From contig OZ024761.1 in NCBI GenBank assembly GCA_964016885.1, positions 2,170,001 through 2,234,000 on the forward strand: DNA of 64,000 nucleotides, in the 5' to 3' direction. This document shows, in pieces, positions 1-11,267 of the stretch. This DNA comes from Eledone cirrhosa. Taxonomy: Eukaryota. Position 1 is the stretch's first letter; each line of letters begins with the position of its first letter. The notes under the pieces are model-generated. The model worked only from the letters and a program-made list of their open reading frames with translations, did not search any database and was not told the DNA's origin. Both the position numbers and the translations under genes were made by a program.

Positions 1-681
1 TGTCTGGCGGGTTTTCTACGGCTGGATGCCCTTCCTAACACCAACCATGTTTACAGTGTGGACTGGGAGGTTTTTACCGTGTTACCTACACGGCCACATT
101 ACAGCGTGGACTGTGTGTTTTTTTAGTCGTGACACCTACACGACCTCATTTGTTTCAGACTGGATGTTGTGGTACCAACATAACTTCACATTGAAGGGGG
201 TGGTGTGGATGGGGTGGGGGTAGTTGGACAGGGGTGTATTTTTGTTAGAGGTGCCTACTTACTGTAGGTTTCGCTTTGTACTTAGGCAAGGCGGGTCTTC
301 TGTATGACTGTGTAGCGCCAAAGATCTCGGTCCAGTAACATTGTCTTGGAGAGCTGTAAGTGTGTGAGGTCGGAATTTATCAAGTCGTCCCAGGTTTTTC
401 TGGGTCTGCCTACTCCGTGGCTATTTTTATCGCCCTGCACTTTTTTATACAGCTGTCGTCTTTCATGCACATCACATGACCGCACCAACGTAGTCTTCTC
501 TCGAGTAAACAACATCTGATCTCTCTTATTCCTAATTTCTCCCTTAGTTTGTTTATGCTTTGCCGTTCACGTATATTACTATTACACATCCAGCAGAGCA
601 TGCATGCTTCGTTCCTCTCCAGTCTGCGTATATCCTCTGCACACAATGCCCAGGTCTCACTGCCATGTAACATTGCTGTTC

Positions 682-682
<1 letters not shown>
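1..682 (-). mobile_element. RTE-clade LINE 3' fragment (end of ORF plus 3' UTR)
   Basis: ORFs 410-784 and 282-515: LHGSETW...RRLERNE...RRLRWCGHV...GRPRKTW...DRDLWR; the UTR is shared with other copies in the window; bounded by (TA)n. Confidence 0.85.
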
Positions 683-726
<44 letters not shown>

Positions 727-861
727 TATTCACATATATATATATATATTCATTAGTTAAGGAAAACAAGACCACAAATTTCACAAGGAAGACATTATTA
801 AAAGATTGTCAACATAGTTTTAGTTTAATGTAAGGAATGTAAAGAATAATAATAATAATAA

Positions 862-1046
862 TAATTGTTTCTACTTTAGGCACAAGGCTAGCAATTATCC
901 AGTGCATTACTGGTACTTTATTTTATCGACCCCGTAAGGATGAAAAGCAAAGTCAACCTCGGCGGGATTTGAACTCAGATCGTAAAGGGACGTAACTATG
1001 ATGGAAAGCATGGCGTCCGACCCTCTACCGATACTGCCAATCCACC
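862..1046 (-). mobile_element. tRNA-derived SINE with Meta-like central domain
   Basis: Reverse complement of the copy at 1127-1312; B-box gagttcaaatcc; core gttgactttgcctttcatcc...gtcgataaaataaagtacc. Confidence 0.8.
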
Positions 1047-1126
1047 GCTTTTATGTCTGTTTACACTTGTTTCGCTACTCCATATAATGTTTCTGGATAA
1101 AATGATTATAGATCATTATTGATCTG

Positions 1127-1312
1127 GTGGTGGATTGGCAGTATCGGTAGAGGGTCGGACGTTATGCTTTCCAACATAGTTATGTCCCTTTACGATCTGA
1201 GTTCAAATCCCGCCGAGGTTGACTTTGCCTTTCATCCTTACGAGGTCGATAAAATAAAGTACCAGTAATGCACTGGATAATTGCTGGCCTTGTGCCTAAA
1301 GTAGAAACAATT
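1127..1312 (+). mobile_element. tRNA-derived SINE with Meta-like central domain
   Basis: Head tggcagtatcggtagag...gagttcaaatccc, Meta-like core, tail ending agtagaaacaatt; at least 9 further copies or fragments in the window. Confidence 0.8.
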
Positions 1313-1760
1313 ATTGATCTGGTTCAGTTGAAGATAATTAACTTAGGTACAATTAGAGCAGCTCATTGGAACTTCAAAAGGAATATAAATTAAAATAAAG
1401 AAAGAATGTTACATGAATGTAATGTTTCATATATTGGTATTTCACTATGGTGTCCTGGGTATATCTATTGTCTGCCATAGTCGAGCAGTATTCTTCTGTC
1501 GAGGCTGCATTATGTGACAATCTTTTAATAATGTCTTCCTTGTGAAATTTGTGGCCTTGTTTTGCTTAACTAATGAATATTTCCAGCTCTGTGCACCTAA
1601 CCTCTGCATGAACCCAGCCACCTAGCTGCCTTCCACTGCATATTGCACATTGAGCACATGCCTTTACGCTTTGGCTTCTAACTAATTCACCAATCTCTCT
1701 TCTCCTCTCCTATCTCCTCTCCTATCTCCATCTCTCTCTTTAAGATTGGTTACTCTTGAC

Positions 1761-1814
<54 letters not shown>

Positions 1815-1829
1815 GAACTCACAACCTTT

Positions 1830-2150
1830 CCATTGGCCTTGCAATCGAAAGGTTGTGAGTTCAATTCTCAGACCGGGTGATGTGTTGTTTCCTTGAGCAA
1901 GACACTTTATTTCACATTGCTCCAGTTTACTCAGCTGTAGAAATGAGATGATAGGGACTGGGGTCCCTATCATTCCACTGCAAAGTGGTCGTGGAGGTGC
2001 CACGGCAAAAAAAGCACCCAGCACTCACTGTAAATGAGGTTGGTGTTAGGAAGGGCATCCAGCTGTAGAAATCAAGCCAGAATCAGTTCCCGTCTCACCC
2101 TTGCAAGCAGGGATAAAGCGGGCGTAAAATGAAATGATGATGATGATGAT
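1830..2150 (+). mobile_element. 5'-truncated CORE-type SINE with RTE-derived tail
   Basis: ccttgagcaagacacttt...ctccagtttactcagctgtagaaatgag resembles the MIR CORE domain; tail gttaggaagggcatccagc...(tga)n is shared with the RTE 3' ends. Confidence 0.8.
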
Positions 2151-2159
2151 ATATATAGG

Positions 2160-2675
2160 AAAATTCCGACCTTACACACTTGCAGCTCTCTAAGACAATG
2201 TCATTGGACCGAGATCTTTGGCGCTACGCAGTAATAAAGAAGACCCGCCTTGCCAATGTACAAAGCGAAACCTACAGTCAGTAGGCACCTCTTAACCAAA
2301 TATACACCCCAATCCACTACCCCTACCCTATCCTCACACTCCCACCAACACCACCCTCTCTCTGTAAAGTTGGTACCATAACATCCAGTCCAAATAAATG
2401 AGATAATGATATCGAGATCGTGTAGGTGTCACGACAAAAAAACACACAGTCCACCCTGTAATGTGGCCGTGTAGGTAACACGGTAAAAAGTTCCAAGTTC
2501 CACACTGTAAATGTGGTTGGTGTTAGGAAGGGCATCTAGCCGTAGAAAACCTGCCAGATAGTCCTATATGAGCGAGACACGGTCAACCAAACCAACCTTG
2601 CCTCAAGTGGGACAACTCCCGTCTAACCCATGCTAGCGTGGAAGATGGACGTTAAACGAAGATGATGATGATGAT
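2160..2675 (+). mobile_element. RTE LINE 3' end and UTR
   Basis: Reverse-complement similarity to 1-375; ends ggacgttaaacgaagatgatgatg. Confidence 0.8.
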
Positions 2676-2680
2676 ATACA

Positions 2681-3062
2681 TGGAGGCAGATGGCTTAGTG
2701 GTTAGAGCATTGGCCTTGCAATCGAAAGGTTGTGAGTTCAATTCTCAGACCGGGTGATGTGTTGTTTCCTTGAGCAAGACACTTTATTTCACATTGCTCC
2801 AGTTTACTCAGCTGTAGAAATGAGATGATAGGACTGGGGTCCCTATCATGCCACTGCAAAGTGGTCGTGGAGGTGCCACGGCAAAAAAGCACACAGCCCA
2901 CAGTGTAAAGAGGACGTGTAAGTGCCACAGAAAAAAGCACCCAACACTCACTGTAAATGAGGTTGGTGTTAGGAGGGGCATCCAGCTGTAGAAATCAAGC
3001 CAGAATCAGTTGCCGTCCCACCCTTGCAAGCAGGGAAAAGCGGACGTAAAATGAAATGATGA
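2681..3062 (+). mobile_element. Full-length CORE-type tRNA-derived SINE with RTE tail
   Basis: A-box tggcttagtgg, B-box gagttcaattctc, CORE-like domain, RTE-like tail. Confidence 0.85.
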
Positions 3063-3063
3063 C

Positions 3064-3150
3064 AAAGAATCGCTGCTTCCACCCTTAAGAGGATCTTCTG
3101 AAACATTCAGAAACTGAAGATCCTGTTAAGAGTGAAAGCAGCGATTCTTT
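3064..3150. repeat. Hairpin (~35-bp arms) with a degenerate CTGAAGA...GAAA hammerhead-like core
   Basis: aaagaatcgctgctt...ggatcttc / gaagatcc...aagcagcgattcttt; AATAAA lies ~25 nt downstream. Confidence 0.55.
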
Positions 3151-3393
3151 GCTTAATCTTTGATCTGTTATTTTAATAAATATTTGCTCTACGGTTTTTA
3201 TATATATTTACATATATATTATCGTTATCGAGCCTTCACCGGTTTTAGTCTTCACATTTATTATTATTACTATGTGTATATATATACATACATACATATA
3301 TTTATATATATATATATAACATGGTGTTTTTATTAAATATTTATTATATATATATATAGATATATATATATAACCAAAAGTTAAACAAGGTTC

Positions 3394-4273
3394 AAAAGTA
3401 ATGGTTGTATTTTAAAGGGTACGTCAAACCTATTTGTAAAACTGTTATATATTGTATTTTGTCTGATGAAGGCATACCATAATTTAATGTGGTATCCCTG
3501 AAATATGTATAATGAAATAAATATGGTTTTATAAATGAATATAGTTTTACAATAGATTAGAAGCACTCAACAAAGAAAGTTTTCTGGAGTTATTAATATT
3601 AATTCAAAATATTAATAAATGTAGACATTCATGTAAACAAAATATATTTTATTATATATATTTCGGAGGTACTGTGCTGTTTTTTCAGTACGTCCTCATC
3701 AGATAAAATACATACATTGGTGTATGACATACCTCAACTGTGCTGATGGTACAATTCCAGTCTTGGCAGTCCAAGACTGGAATTATATATATAATGGAAT
3801 ACTGTTGGCTTTTTGCTACAATGTTTTCTATACCTTTCATTTATATATATATATATATATATATGCAAAAGTTCTATTTAAAGTTGTTGGGATACAACAA
3901 GTAAATATTTTTATAACTGATATAAAGCACTCGACAAATTTTTGGAGTAGATATACGATATTAATAAATGGAAACTATATTTATAAAACCATATTTATTT
4001 CATTATACATATTTCAGGGATACCACATTAAATTATGGTATGCCTTCATCAGACAAAATACAAGATATAACAGTTTTACAAATAGGTTTGACGTACCCTT
4101 TAAAATACAACCATTACTTTTGGAGGCTGTCTGGATAGTGATTTGTTTATATAATAAGTCATAGTGTTAAGCACAATTAGAAAAAGGCATACCATAATTT
4201 AATGTGGTATCCCTGAAATATGTATAATGAAATAAATATGGTTTTATAAATATAGTTTCCATTTATTAATATC

Positions 4274-4275
<2 letters not shown>
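3394..4275. mobile_element. Hammerhead-bearing PLE-derived repeat family A: copies 3394-3537(+), 3979-4120(-), 4185-4275(+, partial)
   Basis: CTGATGA-aggcataccata/tgtggtatccct-GAAA-tatgta followed by AATAAA; copies in inverted orientation; a related copy lies at 49846-49950. Confidence 0.75.
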
Positions 4276-4333
<58 letters not shown>

Positions 4334-4596
4334 AGATCAAAAGATGGTTAAAAGAGTTCCAAGTATTTTATTATGCGCATTTCAAAAACAAATATCATCA
4401 TGGGATAATATCTGCGTTCTCATCAGATAAAATAGGGATACATGATATGAAGCTTAAAAAACACTTGTGAATAGTTATTTATACTCCAGTCCTACAAACT
4501 GTAGAGTGCTACTTATCCGATATTTGCATTGCTTTATTGTGCTACAATAAAACTCACCTCCTACATATATATTTATATATATATTTTTTTATTTTT

Positions 4597-4630
<34 letters not shown>

Positions 4631-4961
4631 AATTTAAAATATTAATGTAGACATTCACGTAATCAAAATATATTTTATTATATATATTTCAAAGATACTG
4701 TGCTGTTTTTTCAGTACGTCCTCGTCAGATAAAATACATGAATTGATGTATGACATACCTCAACGGTCTTTAATGGTTCAATTTCAGTCTTGGCAGTCCA
4801 AGACTGGAATTGGACCATCAGCATAGTTGAGGTATGTCATACATCAATTTATGTATTTTATCTGATGAGGACGTACTGAAAAAACAGCACAGTACCTCCG
4901 AAATATATATAATAAAATATATTTTGATTACGTGAATGTCTAGATTTATTAATATTTTGAA

Positions 4962-4968
<7 letters not shown>
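3612..4968. mobile_element. Hammerhead-bearing fold-back family B: one arm at 3612-3785 and a complete palindrome at ~4630-4968
   Basis: CTGATGA-ggacgtactg...cagtacctcc-GAAA at 4862(+), mirrored at ~4685-4730(-) and ~3655-3703(-); symmetry centre cagtcttgg-cagt-ccaagactg; flanked by (TA)n. Confidence 0.75.
4365..4432 (-). ncRNA. Hammerhead ribozyme-like motif
   Basis: Minus strand: ctgatga-gaacgcagatattat...atgatatttgttttt-gaaa-tgcgcata, with palindromic stem III ATGCGCAT, followed by AATAAA. Confidence 0.55.
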
Positions 4969-5001
<33 letters not shown>

Positions 5002-5006
<5 letters not shown>

Positions 5007-5240
5007 ATACTTGGGGAGGGTCATATTTGCGTAATATTGCCAGAATTAATAACAGAACACACTCACTGTTTGGTTGGTTTTCGCTTCTCGCTGTCTTTTA
5101 TATCTGCGATCTAACTTACTCGGTCCTCAATGTTGCCATTGACTGACCGACGGTCAAAAATAATACAGATACAATATAGACACAAACACATATATATAGT
5201 TTACATAATTTACATAAATCTTTCGTTGCACATCTGCAAC
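5002..5240. mobile_element. Possible solo LTR
   Basis: Begins tgtta and ends caaca (TG...CA) between (TA)n tracts; no target-site duplication seen. Confidence 0.3.
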
Positions 5241-5493
5241 ATCGTCATATATATATATATATAAACAAACACATTATTTAATTTTAAATTCTCTTATCCC
5301 TGTCTAGTTTTTTTTATTTCTCAACTGTAAGAACTACTGGATACTTCCCCCAGTGTCGTGGCTTACTAGCTCTATACAGATGTTTAAATTGGCTAAATAT
5401 ATATATATATTATGGAATACTGTTGGCTTCTTGCTACAATTTATATACTTTTGCTACAATTTCTATACTTTTGCTATAATTTCTATACTTTTC

Positions 5494-5530
<37 letters not shown>

Positions 5531-7191
5531 TATTATAAAATGTCAGAATTAGCTGTCGAAACGGCAAGAGCTCAGCCGTCGGGCCCCGACTGTTTTTACT
5601 ATAGTCACACCACTCTATATTCCAAGTATTGAGTATGTGTGTGTGTGTGTTTTGTTTATATTAACGGGATCATATATATATATACATATATATATACATA
5701 TATATATATATATTAGAATGGATGCAGTAAATAAAACCAGTTAGACCATTACTCACCAGAGTACTCAATACTTGGGGTAGATCCTTTATGTGTGTGTTTA
5801 GACGACGGATGGTAATATGAAAAATGAAAAAGTCTTACCCCTTTTATGGCCTTGGCAACGTTGGTAATAATCTTATCCTTAAGTCGCATTCGATCTGCTG
5901 AACTTGACATGGTATTCTTCATTGCATTCCTCTTATCTGGAGAGGGTTTCTGCTGGTTATTACGATGGTAAGATCTCGTTTAAGACATTTGGTGGGGGAA
6001 TTGGTTCGTATTGTATCTCCTGTCTGTCGTGTCTATGTATATGGTATTACTGTTAATACTGTGTTGTGTTCCTGGACTGTCTTCTCTCTGTATATTTGTG
6101 TGTGTATGTATGTGTGCGTTTTGCAGAGTGTGGGATGATAACTCCCCTCCGATCGCGGAGTCTTTACCCACGGCACAACATAATAAACAGAACGAAGCAG
6201 ACGGCCGACATTTTGGCTTCTCGCTCGTTGAATGGAAAAGCAGCATAGAGGGAGGGGGAATGTGAAGAAAGGGGAGTTAAGTAGTCGTGATGCGGGAGTA
6301 GCGATGGGAGAATGCAATGTAGACTAGAGAGAGAGAGGCGGAGGAAGAGGAGGTAGTTATTCACTCTAATGGAGTAGCGGGAGGAGCACGGAAAAGACAA
6401 TAGATAAATGTGCAAGAGGAAATAGGTAGCCACTGTACAGGAGTGATGGGTAGAGAGTAAGGTAAGGACTACATAGAGAGGTGTAAAAAGAAACAGGTAG
6501 TCATTGTAGAGGAGTAGCAGGTAGAGAGTAAGGTAAAGACTATTGAGAGAGGTGCAAGAGAAAATAAGTAGTCACTGTAGAGGAGTATCGGATGGAGAGT
6601 AAGGTGAAGACTATAACAAGAGCTGGAGGAAGAGTATTGACTGTACAGGAGTAGCGATGGGAGAGAAAGGGAAAGACTATTGAGAGAGGTGAAGGAAGTA
6701 AAGGAAGGAAGTGATTGAGCATTTCGGTGATATAATCAAAGAAAGGAGAGAGAATAGATAGAGATAAGAGAAAGAGAGGGAGTGGTACATGATACAAGAA
6801 AGAGGACTAAGACACAGAGAGGGGGGATTGTAGAAAGAGGGATAGATAGATAGAAAAGTGAAGATAATATATAGATAGACAGAACTGTGGAGACTAAACA
6901 GAGACAGGGATAGACAGATAGAGAGAGATTAGGAGAAAGAGTGAGAGAAGTGAGCGAGGGTTAACATGAAAGTAACAAGCATAATGAAGGGGAGGAGAGC
7001 CATGTAGTGGAGGATTCCGAGTTTGGTAGCAGCTGGTTGACAAATATTTTTGGTTTTTCCTCGCAAAAACTCCACGATTTATAGAAAATCTTTTGAAAAA
7101 TAGTATATCACAAATATTTGTCGGATGAAAAAATAATGTTCGAAATATTCGTTCGTTTTCGTCTTCGATTTTCCGTGTGTTAGTTTGGTAA

Positions 7192-7998
7192 TCATCATCA
7201 TCATCAGCATTCTTTAACGTCCATCTTCCACTCTAGCATGGATAGGACGGGTTGACCCTTAGGGAGAGAATCAGGTCAAAGGACCATGTTTAGCTTACTC
7301 GGAACAGATTTTGGCTTGGTTTCTACAGCTGGATGCCCTTCCTAACGCCTACCACATTTACAGTGTGTGCTGGGTGCTTTTTGTCGTGTCACCTGCACGA
7401 CCATATTACAGTATGGACTGGGCACTTTTTGTTGTGTTGCCGACATGAACACATTACAGTGTGGACAGGGCACTTTTGTCTTGCAACTAGGTAGGGAGGT
7501 GGAAGAAGCTTGAGGAAATGCAGACATAGGTAATAGGGGAGGGATGGTTACTGCAAAGGGAGCTGTATAGGAGGGGAGAAGGTAGAGGAAGGTGTTCCCT
7601 GTTAGATATATGCCTTAGCTCAAGCATATGGGAGGGTGGGTCTTCTGTAGTACTGCATAGCGCCAGAGGTCATTGTCTTGGTCCCGTGTCATTGTCTTGG
7701 TGAGACGTAATTGTGCAAGGTCAGCTTCTATTACCTCATCCCAAGTCTTCCTAGGTCTATCCACTCTATGGCTACCGTCAACTTTGAGCGCTCTGTACCT
7801 TTTTATACAGCTGTCATCCTTCGTACGCATCACATGTCCATACTAAAGCAATCTCCTCTCCTACACAACAACTGATCCCTCTTATGCCTAATTTCTCAGT
7901 CAGTACATTTATACTTTGCAGTTCATGTATATTGCTATTGCACATCCAGTGAAGCATGGAGGTTTCATTTCTTTCCAATCTTCGCAGGTCCTTCACAG
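7192..7998 (-). mobile_element. RTE LINE 3' fragment
   Basis: ORFs 7814-7996 and 7615-7833 (RRLERNE, RPRKTWDEVI, LWRYAV) plus UTR ending in (TGA)n. Confidence 0.85.
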
Positions 7999-8014
7999 GT
8001 AATATATATATATA

Positions 8015-8172
8015 AATGTGGTTGGTGTTAGGAAGGGCATCCAGCTGTAAAAAACCTGCCAGAGACGCTTCTGTACAAGCGAGGCATGGTCTCCCGACTA
8101 TTCCCGCCTCAAATGGAACAAAACCGTCTAACCCATGCTAGCGTGGAAGATGGACGTTAAACGATGATGATG
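8015..8172 (+). mobile_element. RTE/SINE 3' tail fragment
   Basis: gttaggaagggcatccagc...acccatgctagcgtggaagatggacgttaaacgatgatg. Confidence 0.7.
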
Positions 8173-8260
<88 letters not shown>

Positions 8261-8424
8261 ATACAGCATGCCACTGGGAATCAAACTCACAACCAAATGA
8301 TCAACAGCCAAGTACCCTAACTACTAAGCCATGGGCCTTCACACATGACAAGCTTTATAAACCACATGGTGGCGCTGGTGTTGATGGTGTCTGTCTGAGA
8401 ACAAAACCTGCTGTCAACTAGTTG

Positions 8425-8905
8425 ATGTGTGTGTGTGTACATGGCTAAGTATGTATGTCTGTATATGGGTATGTGTGTATACATAGCTAAGTATGTATGT
8501 GTATATATGGGTGTGTGTGTGTACATGGCTAAGTATGTATGTGTGTATATATGGGTGTGTGTGTACATGGCTAAGTATGTATGTGTGTGTATATGGGTGT
8601 GTGTGTGTGTACATGGCTAAGTATGTATGTGGGTGTGTGTGTATACATGACTAAGTATGTATGTGTGTATATGGGTGTGTGTACATGGCTAAGTATGTAT
8701 GTGTGTATATGGGTGTGTACATGGCTTAGTATGTATATGGGTGTATATGGGTGTGTGTGTGTACATGGCTAAGTATGTATGTGGGTGTGTGTGTATACAT
8801 GACTAAGTATGTATGTGTGTATATGGGTGTGTGTACATGGCCAAGTATGTATGTGTGTATATGGGTGTGTGTACATGGTTTAGTATGTATATGGGTGTGT
8901 GTTTG
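8425..8905. repeat. Minisatellite of variable unit length (~34-42 bp; gtacatggctaagtatgtatgtgtgtatatgggtgtgt)
   Basis: About 12 recurrences of acatggctaagtatgtatg separated by variable (TG)n. Confidence 0.85.
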
Positions 8906-9225
8906 TGTATATTTGTGCATGTGAGTGTGTTTGTGTATGTGTGTTTACTGTTGTCACAGGGTGCAAAGAAACATTAAAATTTGGCACTCCTATATACACA
9001 CCACTACACATCATCATCATCATCATCATGGCTGACTAAATACATTTCCATTCCTTCTTCGTCTCACTTTCCTCTAACTTTCTATTTCATCTTTTATTCC
9101 TCATTCTATCTTCTAATGAAGGACTAGTGTCCAAAACATTCAGACACTTTTCCTTCTATATCAAGTATTAAACTAATATATTTCTTCATTGTACTGTGTT
9201 GTTTGCTTTGTTATTTCTGTTTACT

Positions 9226-9261
<36 letters not shown>

Positions 9262-9360
9262 CGAAGGAAATGTGGTAAGGAACCAGGTGGACCATAACGC
9301 ATTCAGTCCAGAATTAGCCGTCGAAACGGCTTGAGCTCAGCCGTCGGGGTCTTACTTGTT

Positions 9361-9437
<77 letters not shown>

Positions 9438-9627
9438 GAAGATATGTCAGGTTAAATTTTGTTTGTGTGAATCAAATGTGCAAACAAAATAAATATGGAA
9501 GATTGCTGACCAAAATATTTTTTCTTGAAGTGTTCCTTGCAGGAGGTACAGTAACAGTCCAATTAGAGAGTTTTATGGTAGAGTTTCCAAGGAGAGAATC
9601 ACGGAGTAATTATGATAGTGAAACGTA

Positions 9628-9878
9628 TAGCACCAGGAAAAACAAATGACTAGGCAAGAAGTAAAGGTTAGAAAGAGAAAGATTTATTTAGAGTGTGTTT
9701 CTTAACATATGTTTCTATACAATATCAGTCTACAAGTACAAACTGCATATTCTTATGCTCTATCGCAAGCATTACGTAAAATATTGTACTTCATCAGAAA
9801 GAGTAGAATGTTCATAGGTGAGGTCTCTACATCTTGCAAGATGCAGAGACCTCGCCTTGAACTATGAACATTATACTC
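9628..9878 (-). mobile_element. PLE terminal (pseudo-LTR) remnant with hammerhead and fold-back end
   Basis: Near-identical to 57903-58110. Minus strand: ctgatga-agtacaatatt...gatattgtata-gaaa-catatgtt. 9801-9878 is palindromic around cttg|caag. Confidence 0.75.
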
Positions 9879-9899
9879 TTATATTAAACACGATTTCAG

Positions 9900-10790
9900 G
9901 CAGTGGGACAACGGCGTGCAGGGAACGGAGAGGGCAGGGGTTGACGGTGGCAGGGATGCGACTTGGTCCCTCAAGACTGCCATGCCTAGGGAGTGTGAAG
10001 GGTCGGGGAGTGGATGGCGGCTGACAGGGCAGGGATGCAACATGATGAGGCATGACGAAAGGGCAGGGTGCATGGCGGCTGACAGGGCAGGAATGCCGCA
10101 TGGTGAGCCATGGCAGTCGTGAGGGACCAAGACGTGCGGGCAAGGGAGAGGGCAGGGGTTGACGGTGGCAGGGATGCGGCTTGGTTAGGTATGGCAGTCT
10201 TGAAGGAGCACGGCGGGCAGGCAAAATAAAGGGCTGAGGAGGGGATGGCGGCTGACAGGTCATGGATGCGGCATGGTGAGGCATAACGATGCAGTAGGTC
10301 AACGGCGTGCAAGGAAGGGAGATGGCCGGGATTGACGGTTGCAAGGATTCCGCATGGTGAGCCATGGCACTCGTGAAGGACCAAGGCGTGCGGGTATGAG
10401 AGAGGGCAGGGGAGGGCATGGCGGCTGACAGAGCATGGATGTGACATGGTGAGGCATGACGATGCAGTGGACGACGGCGTGCAGGGAAGGGAGAGGGCAG
10501 GGGTTGACGGAGGCAGGGATGTGGCTTGGTCAGGCATGGAAGTCTTGAGCTCTCACGGAGTGTAGGCAATGGCAATGGGCAGGGGTGCACGGTGGCAGGG
10601 ATTCGGCATGTTGAGCCGTGGCAGTCCTTAGGGACCACGGAGGGCAGACAATGGAAAGGGCCGGGGAATTAATTGCAGCTGACAGGGCAGAGATGCGCAT
10701 GGTGATGCACAACGATGCAGTGGGTTGACGGCGTTCAGGGAAGGGAGAGGGCAGGGGTTGACGGATGCCTCATTATGCTATGGTAGTGGG
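9900..10790. repeat. GC-rich diverged tandem repeat next to the Helitron 3' region
   Basis: Recurrent ggagagggcaggggttgacggtggcagggatgcg and catggcggctgacagggcagg modules; sharp GC contrast with the flanks. Confidence 0.75.
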
Positions 10791-11267
10791 ACCACGGGAA
10801 TGAAGAGAGCGCATGGAGGCTCGATGATCGCTTGAGAAGACTGGGCGCAATACAGGATGATGCGCGGCGGTATAGTCTTGATAGTCCTTATATAAGAAAT
10901 GGAAGAATCGGCATAAAAGGTTTGCTGAATATGGTGAGCATTAATTTAAAGAGACTTACGATGGATAATCCTGATAGATTGAACATTTTTTTGCATGGCA
11001 GGAATCGCGATAAATGGAAGCAAGAAGAATGGCGTTTTTCGGTTTCCGGATGGTGATGCTCAATGAAGCTGATAGATAACGGCGTGTGCGAAGGGATGCT
11101 TTAAGGCTCTGCATGGAGAATTGGCCCCAGGGTAGATGTTAGAGATAGATGAGGTTTTTGTAAAGCAGAAAGTACTTCAGCTTAGAAGGATGCAGTAAAT
11201 TAGACCGAGTGGATAAGCTTTGACGTTTCGCAATGAAAAAGCGCCCGTGTGGGGGGGTAACCATGTG

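Larger units (their letters stand above)
750..1580. repeat. Nested inverted repeat: ~65-bp outer arms (750-816 / 1510-1580) enclosing a head-to-head SINE pair
   Basis: cattagttaaggaaaacaagaccacaaatttcacaaggaagacattattaaaagattgtca recurs as its reverse complement at ~1515-1576. Confidence 0.8.

Noticed and set aside
2681-2760. tRNA genes (also at 17016, 36836 and 37900)
   Set aside because: A and B boxes run straight into CORE and LINE-tail sequence and occur in many copies; these are SINE heads without a complete cloverleaf.
9871-10638. 255-aa Pro/His-rich ORF and overlapping ORFs
   Set aside because: Arise from a GC-rich tandem repeat that is poor in stop codons; no recognisable domain.
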